Part shown: positions 1 through 8,375 of the stretch, one piece after another
Layout: each line of letters begins with the position of its first letter
Numbering within the stretch: the first letter of the stretch is position 1
Source of the DNA: Bacillota bacterium
GTDB taxonomy: Bacteria; Bacillota; Clostridia; Christensenellales; JAEXRW01
Assembly (NCBI GenBank): GCA_023454175.1
Contig: JAEXRW010000040.1
Coordinates: 1,925-65,924 of the forward strand
Direction of reading: 5' to 3'
DNA: 64,000 bases
Notes under the pieces: generated by a model
What the model was told of the DNA's origin: nothing
The model's input: the letters and a program-made list of their open reading frames with translations, nothing else
Database searches by the model: none
Made by a program: the position numbers and the translations under genes

Positions 1-44
1 GCAATGAATAGTAAAATTAAAGCGGCGATGGTTCTGTATCTCAT
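1..44 (-). CDS. 5' end (14 codons) of a gene running off the left edge; N-terminus MRYRTIAALILLFI looks like a signal peptide/TM start
   Basis: rc ATG at 44-42 with SD-like GGGAGGGAAGGA just upstream (rc of 45-56). Too short to name. Confidence 0.3.
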   Translation of the reverse strand, partial: MRYRTIAALILLFI

Positions 45-179
45 TTCCTTCCCTCCCGGTCATAAATAGCTATTCCGGCGGGGGATAAGATATGATTATT
101 ATGTTGTTGACCGTGATGTAAGCTTCTTTGCATTTACGTAATGATTACACTAGCATAGGTGTACCGGCATGTTTGCCAA

Positions 180-360
180 CCAAAAGCCTCCCAAAACGGA
201 TGCAGCGCATCCGTATGTAAAGGGAGGTGGCAGCATGCGACCCCATAGGGCCGCAGGCCCATTGGGGTCGCACGGCTGTCGGAGGGATTCGCAGTGTAGT
301 GGGTGCGGATTCTACCGTATTTGCATGCGCGTTTGTGGTATAAATACTTCTGCTTAGTAC
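180..360. repeat. copy 1 of an unclassified ~180-nt hairpin-rich non-coding element (copy 2 at 51358-51530)
   Basis: Blocks shared with copy 2: AAGCCTCCC..AAACGGATG-N5-CATCCGTATGTAA-GGGAGGTGGCAGC ... CGGAGGGATTC ... GTGTAG ... CTTCTGCT. Nested stems 186-192/222-228, 197-202/208-213, 229-234/275-280, 237-245/263-271. ORFs across it are not conserved between copies. Confidence 0.5.
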
Positions 361-400
361 TATCGTACGTAAGCTTTCCGAACGGAATTGAATTCTCTAC

Positions 401-432
401 GAAGAAAAGGCTCTGTTCTGATACAGAGCCTT
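401..432 (-). terminator. intrinsic terminator of 452..841
   Basis: Stem AAGGCTCTGT (407-416)/ACAGAGCCTT (423-432), followed on the minus strand by TTTTCTTC. It sits 20 nt after the stop codon. Confidence 0.75.
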
Positions 433-451
433 GGGATATATACGGATTGTC

Positions 452-841
452 TTATGCCGTCAGGTATCGGTAGACCTCGTTTTTGATCTCCGCCGGCAGC
501 TTGCCCTGCTGGTAGATGCCGATCCCCGAGGTGATGGTGAGCGGCCACAGGATCACCAGGGATACCGCCATGGCCCCCGCCTTGTCGGCCCACTTGGCGT
601 TGCCGATATCCACCATGATCTTGTCCTCCGTAACCCTTTCGATCTTCACGGTGATGGCCTTGTCCATGCCGATCCACTGCTTCCACGTGCCGCCCTTGTC
701 CCGCGCCTGGATGATGACGCTTCCGCCCTCCAGCCGCAGCACCTGCGTGTCCATTTCCTTGGACAGCTTCAGATATGTGTCGATCGCATCCGTCAGGTTC
801 GCTAAGTTTTTTCCCGGTCCCAGTGTGAAAAGATCAGCCAT
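452..841 (-). CDS. 129-aa hypothetical protein, soluble N-domain plus C-terminal hydrophobic segment (paralogue A)
   Basis: ATG with SD AAGGAAG upstream. TM-like AGAMAVSLVILWPLTITSGIGIY. Colinear with 1021..1410, 92/129 identical by hand alignment. No family recognised. Confidence 0.75.
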   Translation of the reverse strand: MADLFTLGPGKNLANLTDAIDTYLKLSKEMDTQVLRLEGGSVIIQARDKGGTWKQWIGMDKAITVKIERVTEDKIMVDIGNAKWADKAGAMAVSLVILWPLTITSGIGIYQQGKLPAEIKNEVYRYLTA

Positions 842-956
842 GATGCATACTTCCTTGTTTAAAGTGTATATATTGTTATATTAATAATATCACCGGTTTG
901 CCATATTGGAAATACCGCTTTATGCCTTTGTTTACCTGTTATCGCCATGCTTGAAT

Positions 957-989
957 GAAAAAAGGGCTTCGCACATGCATGCAAAGCCC
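957..989 (-). terminator. intrinsic terminator of 1021..1410
   Basis: Stem GGGCTT (964-969)/AAGCCC (984-989); minus-strand T-run is the rc of AAAAAA at 958-963. Confidence 0.7.
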
Positions 990-1020
990 CGAAGTGTCGC
1001 TTGAACCAGGATTGTCCTGT

Positions 1021-1410
1021 TTATGCCGTGAGGTACCGGTAGATCTCCAGTTTGATCTCGTTGGGCAGTTTCCCCTGCCGGTACATGCCCACGCCCGAGG
1101 TGATGGCCAGCGGCCACAGCACCACCATGGATACCGCCATCACGCCCGCCTTGTCCGTCCACTTGGCGTTGCCGATGTCCACCAGTACCTTCTCATTGTC
1201 CACCTTGTCGATCTTGACGGTGATCGCCTTGTCCATGCCCACCCACTGCTTGAGCGTGCCGCCCCGGTCCCGGGCCTGGATGATGACGTTGCCGCCTTCC
1301 AGGTTCAGCACCTGCGTCTCCATGTTCTTTGCCAGGCTGAGAAAGTTGTTTACGGTCGTCGACAGTCCCGCGATGTTTTTGCCCGGGCCCAGTGTGAAAA
1401 TGTCTGCCAT
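1021..1410 (-). CDS. 129-aa hypothetical protein (paralogue B of 452..841)
   Basis: Track ORF is 1021..1434. Start moved to ATG 1410 (MADIFTLGPG...) to match the paralogue N-terminus and the SD GGAAGGAAG upstream. Confidence 0.75.
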   Translation of the reverse strand: MADIFTLGPGKNIAGLSTTVNNFLSLAKNMETQVLNLEGGNVIIQARDRGGTLKQWVGMDKAITVKIDKVDNEKVLVDIGNAKWTDKAGVMAVSMVVLWPLAITSGVGMYRQGKLPNEIKLEIYRYLTA

Positions 1411-1580
1411 GTTAAAAATGCTTCCTTCCGTCATTTGTTTTGAGGGGGTTTATCGTCTGGTTTGATATGTGAGATCGCTTTTGCGGGTATCGGATCTGTC
1501 TGCCTGCTGCCCCGTTCGATTTTCCAGGGAAGGATTCCGGTTTCATAACTCGGCATATTGTGTCATGATACCCGGAGTTT

Positions 1581-1609
1581 ATTGTATACGTCTTTATTTG
1601 TATGGTCAA
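1581..1609 (-). promoter_or_regulatory. sigma-A-type promoter for 1021..1410
   Basis: Minus strand reads TTGACC (rc of 1604-1609), 17 nt, TACAAT (rc of 1581-1586). This predicts a ~160-nt leader. Confidence 0.6.
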
Positions 1610-1729
1610 GCATCGTTCTCCTCCCAGGCATTCATGGGTGGGTCCCTGCCAGGAGATAGAAGTGAAGGGCCCCGCGCTTCCCGTCAGAGCCCTTTCAACT
1701 TCCCGTCTGATGGTATACTGTTTTCTCAT

Positions 1730-1792
1730 CCCCCGCGGGCATCATGATCATGCCCGCCAGGGCATTCCGCCATTGTACATTGTACATTTCAA
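1730..1792. repeat. modular intergenic repeat, locus A (C-box + hairpin + heptamer array)
   Basis: CCCCCGCGGG at 1730-1739; hairpin ATGCCC-GCCA-GGGCAT at 1750-1765; ATTGTAC x2 plus degenerate copies at 1772-1792. It abuts the stop codon (1789-1791) of the protease gene. Confidence 0.7.
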
Positions 1793-4700
1793 ATTCGTTT
1801 TATTCGTATCGTGAATGTCCTGTACGTCTTCGCCTGGGATTTCACCTTCACGGTCACCGTAGCCGTCTGCCCGTGCCGGCTCAGGGTGATCGTCTTGCTC
1901 GTGGCCTTGCGCCCGTTGATATACACCGCGGAATACTTGTCGGATGCCTTTGCCTTGATGCTCACGCTCTTTTTGCTGTAGGGCAGCGTGATGGAGTAAG
2001 CCCCCGTCGCGTTGGAAAATCCCGGTGTCAGGTAACTGGCCGTCAGGGAGGACAGGTTCGTGTTGCTGCTCGGCGCCCGCCGTACGGTCACGCTGTAGGT
2101 GTATTTTACCTTCTTGTCCCTGTACACCACAAATTTTACGGTCTTGCTGCTTCCCGGGTTCAGTTTCACCGTCACGCTCGTGGTCTTGCTGCTCCCATTC
2201 ACGTACATCTTGTTTTCCAGGTTCACCTTGATGGGCGTGATGGTGGTGGACGCCGTGTATTCAGAAAGGTTCAGCGTATACCTGAAGGTATTGCTGTTGA
2301 ATTTGGATGAAAGCGTCCCGGCCGTGGATGCGATGTTAAAGAGCTTTCCGTTGAGTTCGGCCGGCACCACCGCGCATATTGCGGTGATGTCCTGGACGTA
2401 ATTTGTTTTATGAACGCCGTCGGTAGCTACGCTGCTGTGCGGGATATCCGCGCCCCGCGGGATATCGGGCAGCCCGTCCCTGTTGGTGTCCCATCCCAGC
2501 AGGTGGTAGCCGGGGTCGGGCCGCACGTACGGCACCGGCTCGTACTGGCCGTAGAAATAGTTGGTGGTGCTCTCGTAGTAAAGACCGTTGTACGGGTTCG
2601 CAGCGCCGATGCTGGAATGGCTGCCGGGATTGTACCGCGTGCGCAACGTCTTCTGCGCGCTGTAGGCTGTACTTCCTGTTGGCAGGTGTGTGAGGATATT
2701 TTTCACGGCCGTACTCGTTGGATTCAGCAGGTTGTAGCTCAGCTCCAGGGAGATGGACCGTCCCGTCGCCTGCCCGAAACGCTGCAGCGCGCTGATATTC
2801 GAGATGTAGTTGTTTTTCAGGTTCAGGGTATACAGCCCGCTCAGGCCCGAAAGCGTTGCGATATCGGAGATCCGGTTCCCCTGCAGGTCCAGGCTCTGCA
2901 GCCGCGTCATCCCGGAGAGACCGCTGATGCCGGTGATCCGGTTCATCCCCGCCTTCAGCGTCCGCAGCCCTCCCAGCGTCTGTACTCCCGTGAGGGCTGT
3001 CAGCTGGTTTGCGCCGAGGTCCAGCGAGTTCAGGTCTTTCAGCGGCGAAAGGTCGGGCAGCGCCGCGATGCTGTTGCCCGAAAGGTTCAGGCTCGTCAGA
3101 CCCGCACAGTACTTCAGCGCGGAGATGTCCGTGATCCCCTTGCCCGAAAGGTTCAGGCTGGGTTGATCGTAGGAAAGCTGGCGGAGTTCGTGTGCGGTGA
3201 TGTTCGTATCGTCATCCGTGTCCACCGCCAGCGGGTAGGCGGATTTCAGCGCGTCATACAGCGGGCCGTTTTCTGAGTGGCTGATGACGTCGAGGTCTTT
3301 CTTGCTCACATGCACCGTATAGGTCCGCGTCGTGGAAAGGTCTTCCGCTGTCACGGTGATGTTCACATCGGCGGTATCGCCGTAGCGCAGGTTCAGCGTG
3401 ATCTCATTGCGCTTGAGGCCGTTGATCACGGTGCTGGCGTTGGGGTCGCTTTGGGTGGCAGAGAGCGTGATGCTGTCGGTGGTCTCAGGGTAGGTCGTGC
3501 TGTATTCCGTGGTCTCGGGGTCAAATGCCAGCGTTCCGGTGGAAAGGGTGATGCCCGAGAGCGTCGCATCGTCGGACGGCTCGCCGTACGAGAGCACGAC
3601 GCGGTAGGTGCGTGTTTTCTGCCAGTCCCTGGACGTCACATCCACCCGCGCCACCCGCGCCGTATCAGGATCCAGCGTATAGTCCCTGCTGGAGGCCACC
3701 TTCCCGTCGATCATGACGAAGGCATCCGTATCCTGCGGCGTCACGTCCAATGTTGTGGTACCGCTTGTGAGCACCGCTCTGTAACGCAGCGTATCCGGGT
3801 CGAAATCCTTGTCCAGGCTCTGCCCCGAAAGCGCCAGGGCGGCAAGGCTTGCGGAGTTGTCCGATGCGGGTGCCTCCGTTTCCAGGTGGAGCCGCGCAGC
3901 GATGGTGGAGCCCCCTTCCGTTCCCGTTGGGTACGTCTGGTACACATAGGTCTTCCCGGCATAGAGGTAGGCCCGCAGGCTCGCTGCCCCGCCCGCATCG
4001 TGATCGCCCGCCCACAGCACCTTGTAGGCCTCGTTCAGGAGTTTGATCGTGCTCTCATCGTTCGTTATGCCGTTTGTGAAAGTATATACGCCCGATTTGG
4101 AGGGTATGAACTTCCATTCGCATATATCCGTGGCGCCCGTGGATTCGGCGTAAACGGTGGTCTCCGGCGGCATGTCCAGCAGGTCCGCTGCCCGGGCGGC
4201 ATACGCCGGTGGGTCCGTTTCGGTGTTTACCACGCCCTTGCCGTCAAACCACTGCACCTTGTGGTATACAGTTATTGGCAGTGAATCCACCGTGCCGAGC
4301 GTCTTCCCCCCCGCGCGGAAGGAAACGGCTGTCACCCGTTGGGACTCGCCCGTGTCGCTTTGTACGGTGTCGCCCACGCCTAGCGAGAGGGTCAGTGCGC
4401 CCCCGGCTTCTTCATAGTTTTCGCCGTAGGCCGCCTCGCTCATATCCACCACGATGGTGCCCGTGCTCGCTGTTTGCGTCCCGGCCAGGGAGTAAGGGCC
4501 TCCCCAGCCCCCGTCAAATACGAAGTCGTGTATGTAGGAGGCCGGCCCCTTGGCCTCGTTCCAGTTCATACCCGCCATCAGGGCCAGTTTGTCCCGCCGC
4601 GCTGTTGTGACGGTCACGTCCGCAGTCGCCTTGGGCTTGTATTCCGCCTGCGCCTGCAGGAAGATGGCCTGCGCGCCCGCGATCACGTTGCGGTGACCGT

Positions 4701-5856
4701 GCGCGTCCAGCAATCCGTCATAACTCAGCCAGATGTATCCGTCGTTCCAGAAGTCATCCCCCCAGGAGTTGGCGATCTTCAATGCGCCCTTCTCAAATGT
4801 ATCCACGGCGCTGTTCCCGTTGATATCCACCCAGATATTGTCGTTGTACCCCACGATGGTCATCGCGTGCCCGTCCTGAGCATATTCGCTGTCCACCACC
4901 ATCCCGTACGCGATGTACTGGTTTGCATAGCTGTCGTCTGCACTGGTGGCGGGGTCGTTGCCCACCCGTCTCTCCGTTTTCCAGTCAAAGACGTGGTCCG
5001 TGCCGAAGACCAGCACGTGCCCGTTGTTGAGCGCTCCTTTGATGTTGGTCAGCCCTTGTGCGGTATTGGTATCGTCAATGACAGTATATCCACGCAGCTT
5101 GTTCTTCAGCGCATCCCGCCAGATCTCCGCGTTCTCCGGATAGGCCAGGTACTGCAGCGGGTTTACCGTGGTGCCCGAAATGAAATCATAGCCGTTATAC
5201 TGGTATCCTGCCATGGACGCTTCGCCGGCAAAGGGCGCGCCGTGGTCCATCATCGTCAGGATGTTGTCGCTGATGGAGGAGCCCATGTCCAGCCCGTCGT
5301 TGCACAGGTTGTAGGTAAAGCGGGGTGAAAGGGTCCTGCCCGGCTCCGCCCGCAGGTCGGTTCCCCGCGCACGCGCCGTTTCGTAGGTCGCCGCATAGTA
5401 GGCGGTGGCAAAGCTCGAACACGAGCCGATGCGCCCCTGGTCGCCGATAGCTGGAAAAAAGGCGCTGTCGCTGTTGTCCACGCTTTTGGGCAGCGCGTCC
5501 AGGATCACGCCGTACAGGGACAGGGTTGCGCCGTATTTTTTATCCATGCCCCCCGCGTTTTGGGCCGTGACCACCTCGTCGCCCTCCCGGGCGGCAAAGG
5601 ATTCCGGCAGCGCATCCAGGCCCAGTTGGATCATTTCTTCGTTGATGCGCTCCAGCCCCTGCTCGTTGGGCAGGATCTTCACGGCCGTCCTGGCGCGCGC
5701 TTTGAATAGTTTGGCGGTATCCGCGCTGGGTGCGATCAGGCCCGTGCGCGGCAGGTCGCCTTCCCCTGCGGCAAACGCCGTGGCTGTCCCCAGGGACGTC
5801 AGAATGAATGCGCAGGTGATCAGGCTCACGAGGCATCTTTTCAGTATTTTTTTCAT
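1789..5856 (-). CDS. secreted multidomain C1 (papain-like) cysteine peptidase with LRR and cadherin-like beta-sandwich modules (1355 aa)
   Basis: Track ORF is 1789..6090. Start moved to ATG 5856 (signal peptide MKKILKRCLVSLITCAFILTSLGTATAFA, SD AAGGAG). Catalytic motifs: GDQGRIGSCSSFA (Cys), DGHAMTIVGYND (His), ANSWG..WNDGYIWLSY (Asn). About 8 LRRs (LTSLNLSGNSIAALPDLSPLKDLNSLDLGANQLTAL...). Repeated LSxLxxSxGxLxPxF..Y modules. Listeria-Bacteroides-type repeat (GYHLLGWDTNRDG). Confidence 0.9.
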   Translation of the reverse strand: MKKILKRCLVSLITCAFILTSLGTATAFAAGEGDLPRTGLIAPSADTAKLFKARARTAVKILPNEQGLERINEEMIQLGLDALPESFAAREGDEVVTAQNAGGMDKKYGATLSLYGVILDALPKSVDNSDSAFFPAIGDQGRIGSCSSFATAYYAATYETARARGTDLRAEPGRTLSPRFTYNLCNDGLDMGSSISDNILTMMDHGAPFAGEASMAGYQYNGYDFISGTTVNPLQYLAYPENAEIWRDALKNKLRGYTVIDDTNTAQGLTNIKGALNNGHVLVFGTDHVFDWKTERRVGNDPATSADDSYANQYIAYGMVVDSEYAQDGHAMTIVGYNDNIWVDINGNSAVDTFEKGALKIANSWGDDFWNDGYIWLSYDGLLDAHGHRNVIAGAQAIFLQAQAEYKPKATADVTVTTARRDKLALMAGMNWNEAKGPASYIHDFVFDGGWGGPYSLAGTQTASTGTIVVDMSEAAYGENYEEAGGALTLSLGVGDTVQSDTGESQRVTAVSFRAGGKTLGTVDSLPITVYHKVQWFDGKGVVNTETDPPAYAARAADLLDMPPETTVYAESTGATDICEWKFIPSKSGVYTFTNGITNDESTIKLLNEAYKVLWAGDHDAGGAASLRAYLYAGKTYVYQTYPTGTEGGSTIAARLHLETEAPASDNSASLAALALSGQSLDKDFDPDTLRYRAVLTSGTTTLDVTPQDTDAFVMIDGKVASSRDYTLDPDTARVARVDVTSRDWQKTRTYRVVLSYGEPSDDATLSGITLSTGTLAFDPETTEYSTTYPETTDSITLSATQSDPNASTVINGLKRNEITLNLRYGDTADVNITVTAEDLSTTRTYTVHVSKKDLDVISHSENGPLYDALKSAYPLAVDTDDDTNITAHELRQLSYDQPSLNLSGKGITDISALKYCAGLTSLNLSGNSIAALPDLSPLKDLNSLDLGANQLTALTGVQTLGGLRTLKAGMNRITGISGLSGMTRLQSLDLQGNRISDIATLSGLSGLYTLNLKNNYISNISALQRFGQATGRSISLELSYNLLNPTSTAVKNILTHLPTGSTAYSAQKTLRTRYNPGSHSSIGAANPYNGLYYESTTNYFYGQYEPVPYVRPDPGYHLLGWDTNRDGLPDIPRGADIPHSSVATDGVHKTNYVQDITAICAVVPAELNGKLFNIASTAGTLSSKFNSNTFRYTLNLSEYTASTTITPIKVNLENKMYVNGSSKTTSVTVKLNPGSSKTVKFVVYRDKKVKYTYSVTVRRAPSSNTNLSSLTASYLTPGFSNATGAYSITLPYSKKSVSIKAKASDKYSAVYINGRKATSKTITLSRHGQTATVTVKVKSQAKTYRTFTIRIKRI

Positions 5857-6493
5857 TTCGCTTACGCTCCTTTGACGCTGTCCAAAAGATAGCACACGTC
5901 GGCATACGGCCACTCCGCCGATGCAAAGGGTGTGGGTGTCTGGAAGATCGTCGGCTTTTGCGTTGTTTTTGCCGCGCTCTCGGAGCATTGGAAAAGACCC
6001 ATATCCCCATCGCAGTTGGAATAGGGACCGGGCTGTTTCGCCGGAAATGCAAAAAAGCCTTTCATGTTCTCCCCGCCTTTCAAAAGTCAAGGTGGGAACG
6101 TTCTGTCAGATGAACGTACCCGGAATGGGAAAGTTCCTTCAAAAAACTCTCCCATTGAACACTGCGGCTTTACTTGGAAGTGTAAAGCCCGTGTCCATTG
6201 GCAACCCGGCTGCCGTACCATTGCATGGGTTAGGCCCGTGGCTTTGCGTCGCCGCTTTTCAGTCGGCTTTGCCTTTTTCAGTTGGAGCACTGGCATATTG
6301 GGTTATAGTTGATTCCACTCTCATATATATCACACCATGAGAGTAGTTGCAACATTCCTAACCACTTATTGGTACTATTCGATAGTATATATCGTCTTTT
6401 TGACCGTGATTGTTAACAGGCATGATCAAAATGAATACTTTTTGAATTGCGCGCAGCAGCGCTGTCCGGGTTGTGGCGTAGCATATCTCCCTC

Positions 6494-7950
6494 TCATTCA
6501 TCCCTTTCGTCCCGCTCGTCCTTCTTTTCACAGTACGTCAGCCAACGTTCATACCGTTTCATCAGGGTGGAATGGTTTTGGGGATCGGGCACGTATTCCC
6601 TGCCGGGCAGGGGTGAGATGTCTTTCAGCGTCGTCCGTTTTCCTATAGCGTATTGGGCCATGTATACGGCGCCCAGCAGCGAGGCGTGCTCTCCCGTATC
6701 TTCGGTCAATGCGGCGCCAAAGATGTCCGCCGCCAGTTGCATCCAAAAAGGCGAATGGGTGATCCCGCCCGAGATGCTGATGCGCTGAGGCTTCACCGCC
6801 TCAAAGGACCTGAGCAGCAGGTAATTTCGGTACAGGCCGAAAATCACGCCCTCCAACACCGCGTAATAGAACTCTCCCGCGCCGTGCATGCCGGTGAGTT
6901 CCATGAATCCGCCCCGTTTCGTATCGTCCCATCCCGGCGCGCCCTCCCGAAAAGGAAGGGCATGAAATACGGCGCGTCCTCCCGGTTGATTCCCACGGCC
7001 AGTTTCTCCAGCGTATCGAGGTCGTATGTGTCGCAAAGCAGTCCTTTGGTCAGCCACTTCACGCAGTTGCCCGCCCCCGGCGCCTGCGCCCCCAGGATGT
7101 ACATCCCCTCCCCGCCGTAGTAGCAGAATGCCGAGGGTTTAGTCGGGATGAGGGGCCTGTCCACCGTATAGCGCACCGCCCCGCTCGTCCCCACCGAGAG
7201 CGTCATCACCTTTTCCCCCAGCCCACCCGCGGCCATATGGTTCAGCGCGCCGTCCGCGCTTGCCACGGTGACGGGTATTCCGGTTTTCGTATTCAATAGC
7301 TTTGCAGCTTCAGTGGTCAATTTGCATGTATGCTCGGGCGGTGTAATCTCCGGCAGCATCCCGCGCTCCAGTCCCGCCAGCTCCAGCGCCTCTTCGTCCC
7401 AGTCCAGCGTTTCCAGCGCCATCATCCCCGTGCCCGAAGCCGCGGTTGACGAAATCTTCCCTTCCCCCGTCAGCCGGTAAATGAGGTATCCCGGCAGGTT
7501 GGACAGGTGTTTAACGGCTGCTATGTCCTTCGTTTGCTTCAGGTGCATCCATTTCCACAGGTCATAGGTGGCGCTCACCGGGCACCCGGTGGATTTGTAC
7601 AGGGAAAAGGCCAGCGCCCTGTCCCGCCTGTATGAGGCTGCCGTCTCCCCCGCGGTCTTGTCCTCCCAGGTGAGCACGGGGGATATAGGCCTTCCGTCTT
7701 CGCCCAGCAGCAATAAGCCGTGCCAGATGGAGCACAGCCCGATGGCTTCGATCAATATGCCGGGATGGCGTTGTACCAATCGCGCCCCGCATGCCAGCAC
7801 CGTTTCTGCGGCTTCGTCCGCATCTATTCTCCCTTGCGATACGATGGTATCCCCGTATGGTTCCGTTTCCACCCCGAGAACACCTTTTTCATCATCATAC
7901 AGCATCGCCTTTGCAGCCGATGTGCTCGCTTCCAGTGCCAGTGTCGCCAT
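6494..7950 (-). pseudogene. FGGY-family carbohydrate kinase interrupted by a -1 frameshift (or an assembly error)
   Basis: ORF 6844..7950 encodes the N-terminal 2/3 up to ..DAPYFMPFLFG. ORF 6494..7057 continues in another frame with ..EGAPGWDDTKRGGFMELTGMHG..ISGGITHSPFWMQLAADIFG. The frames switch at the C-run 6946-6948 (GGG on the coding strand); one extra G restores PFLFGEGAPGWD. Confidence 0.8.
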
Positions 7951-8090
7951 TTTCTGCTCCTTGTGATGATTGATACACTTTATAGTATAATTTCATATTG
8001 CGGCTTTTAAAAGGTTTAAATCAAGGATCATAATAATAGGATGCGTTTTTCTTTCTTCTAAACTTCACCCAATTCTTTTACTCAAGCATA

Positions 8091-8250
8091 GGGAGCCCTG
8101 ATTGAGCGAATACTGCAGGATTTGCGAGGATATTTGACGATCTGGCGAGGAACAAAAACGAAGGAATAGCATCGCTATTTCGAGTTTTTAGTGACAAAGC
8201 CATGCGGCAAATTAACCGCAAAGACGCTGCATGAGCCAAACAGGGCTCCC
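8091..8250. other. 160-nt element closed by a 10-bp inverted repeat (unclassified)
   Basis: GGGAGCCCTG (8091-8100) pairs with CAGGGCTCCC (8241-8250). The interior has inner hairpins (AATAGC-ATC-GCTATT, GCGG-N8-CCGC) and reiterated GCGAGGA-like words. It lies between the amt terminator and the FGGY gene start. Confidence 0.35.
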
Positions 8251-8253
8251 GAA

Positions 8254-8311
8254 CTAAAAAACCAACGCCTGCCTCCGGCGGGTGGCATGCCGTCCGCCCG
8301 CCGGAAGCAGG
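8254..8311 (-). terminator. intrinsic terminator of the glnK-orf96-amt operon
   Basis: 15-bp stem CCTGCCTCCGGCGGG (8268-8282)/CCCGCCGGAAGCAGG (8297-8311). Minus-strand T-run is the rc of CTAAAAAACC (8254-8263). Confidence 0.8.
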
Positions 8312-8375
8312 TGTCCTTTAGGGGGAACTTCGGACATCCGGGCTGCAGGGAAGGCGCAGGCCGGAGCCGAAAAGT

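Noticed and set aside
169-357. 62-aa ORF across repeat copy 1, and 51397..51699 across copy 2
   Set aside because: The reading frames are not conserved between the two copies (copy 2 has a TAA where copy 1 is open). Conservation follows stems, not codons.
2410-5328. Series of 280-335-aa plus-strand ORFs opposite the C1 protease gene
   Set aside because: Antisense, with low-complexity Arg/Val/Gly-rich translations. The protease frame carries all recognisable motifs.
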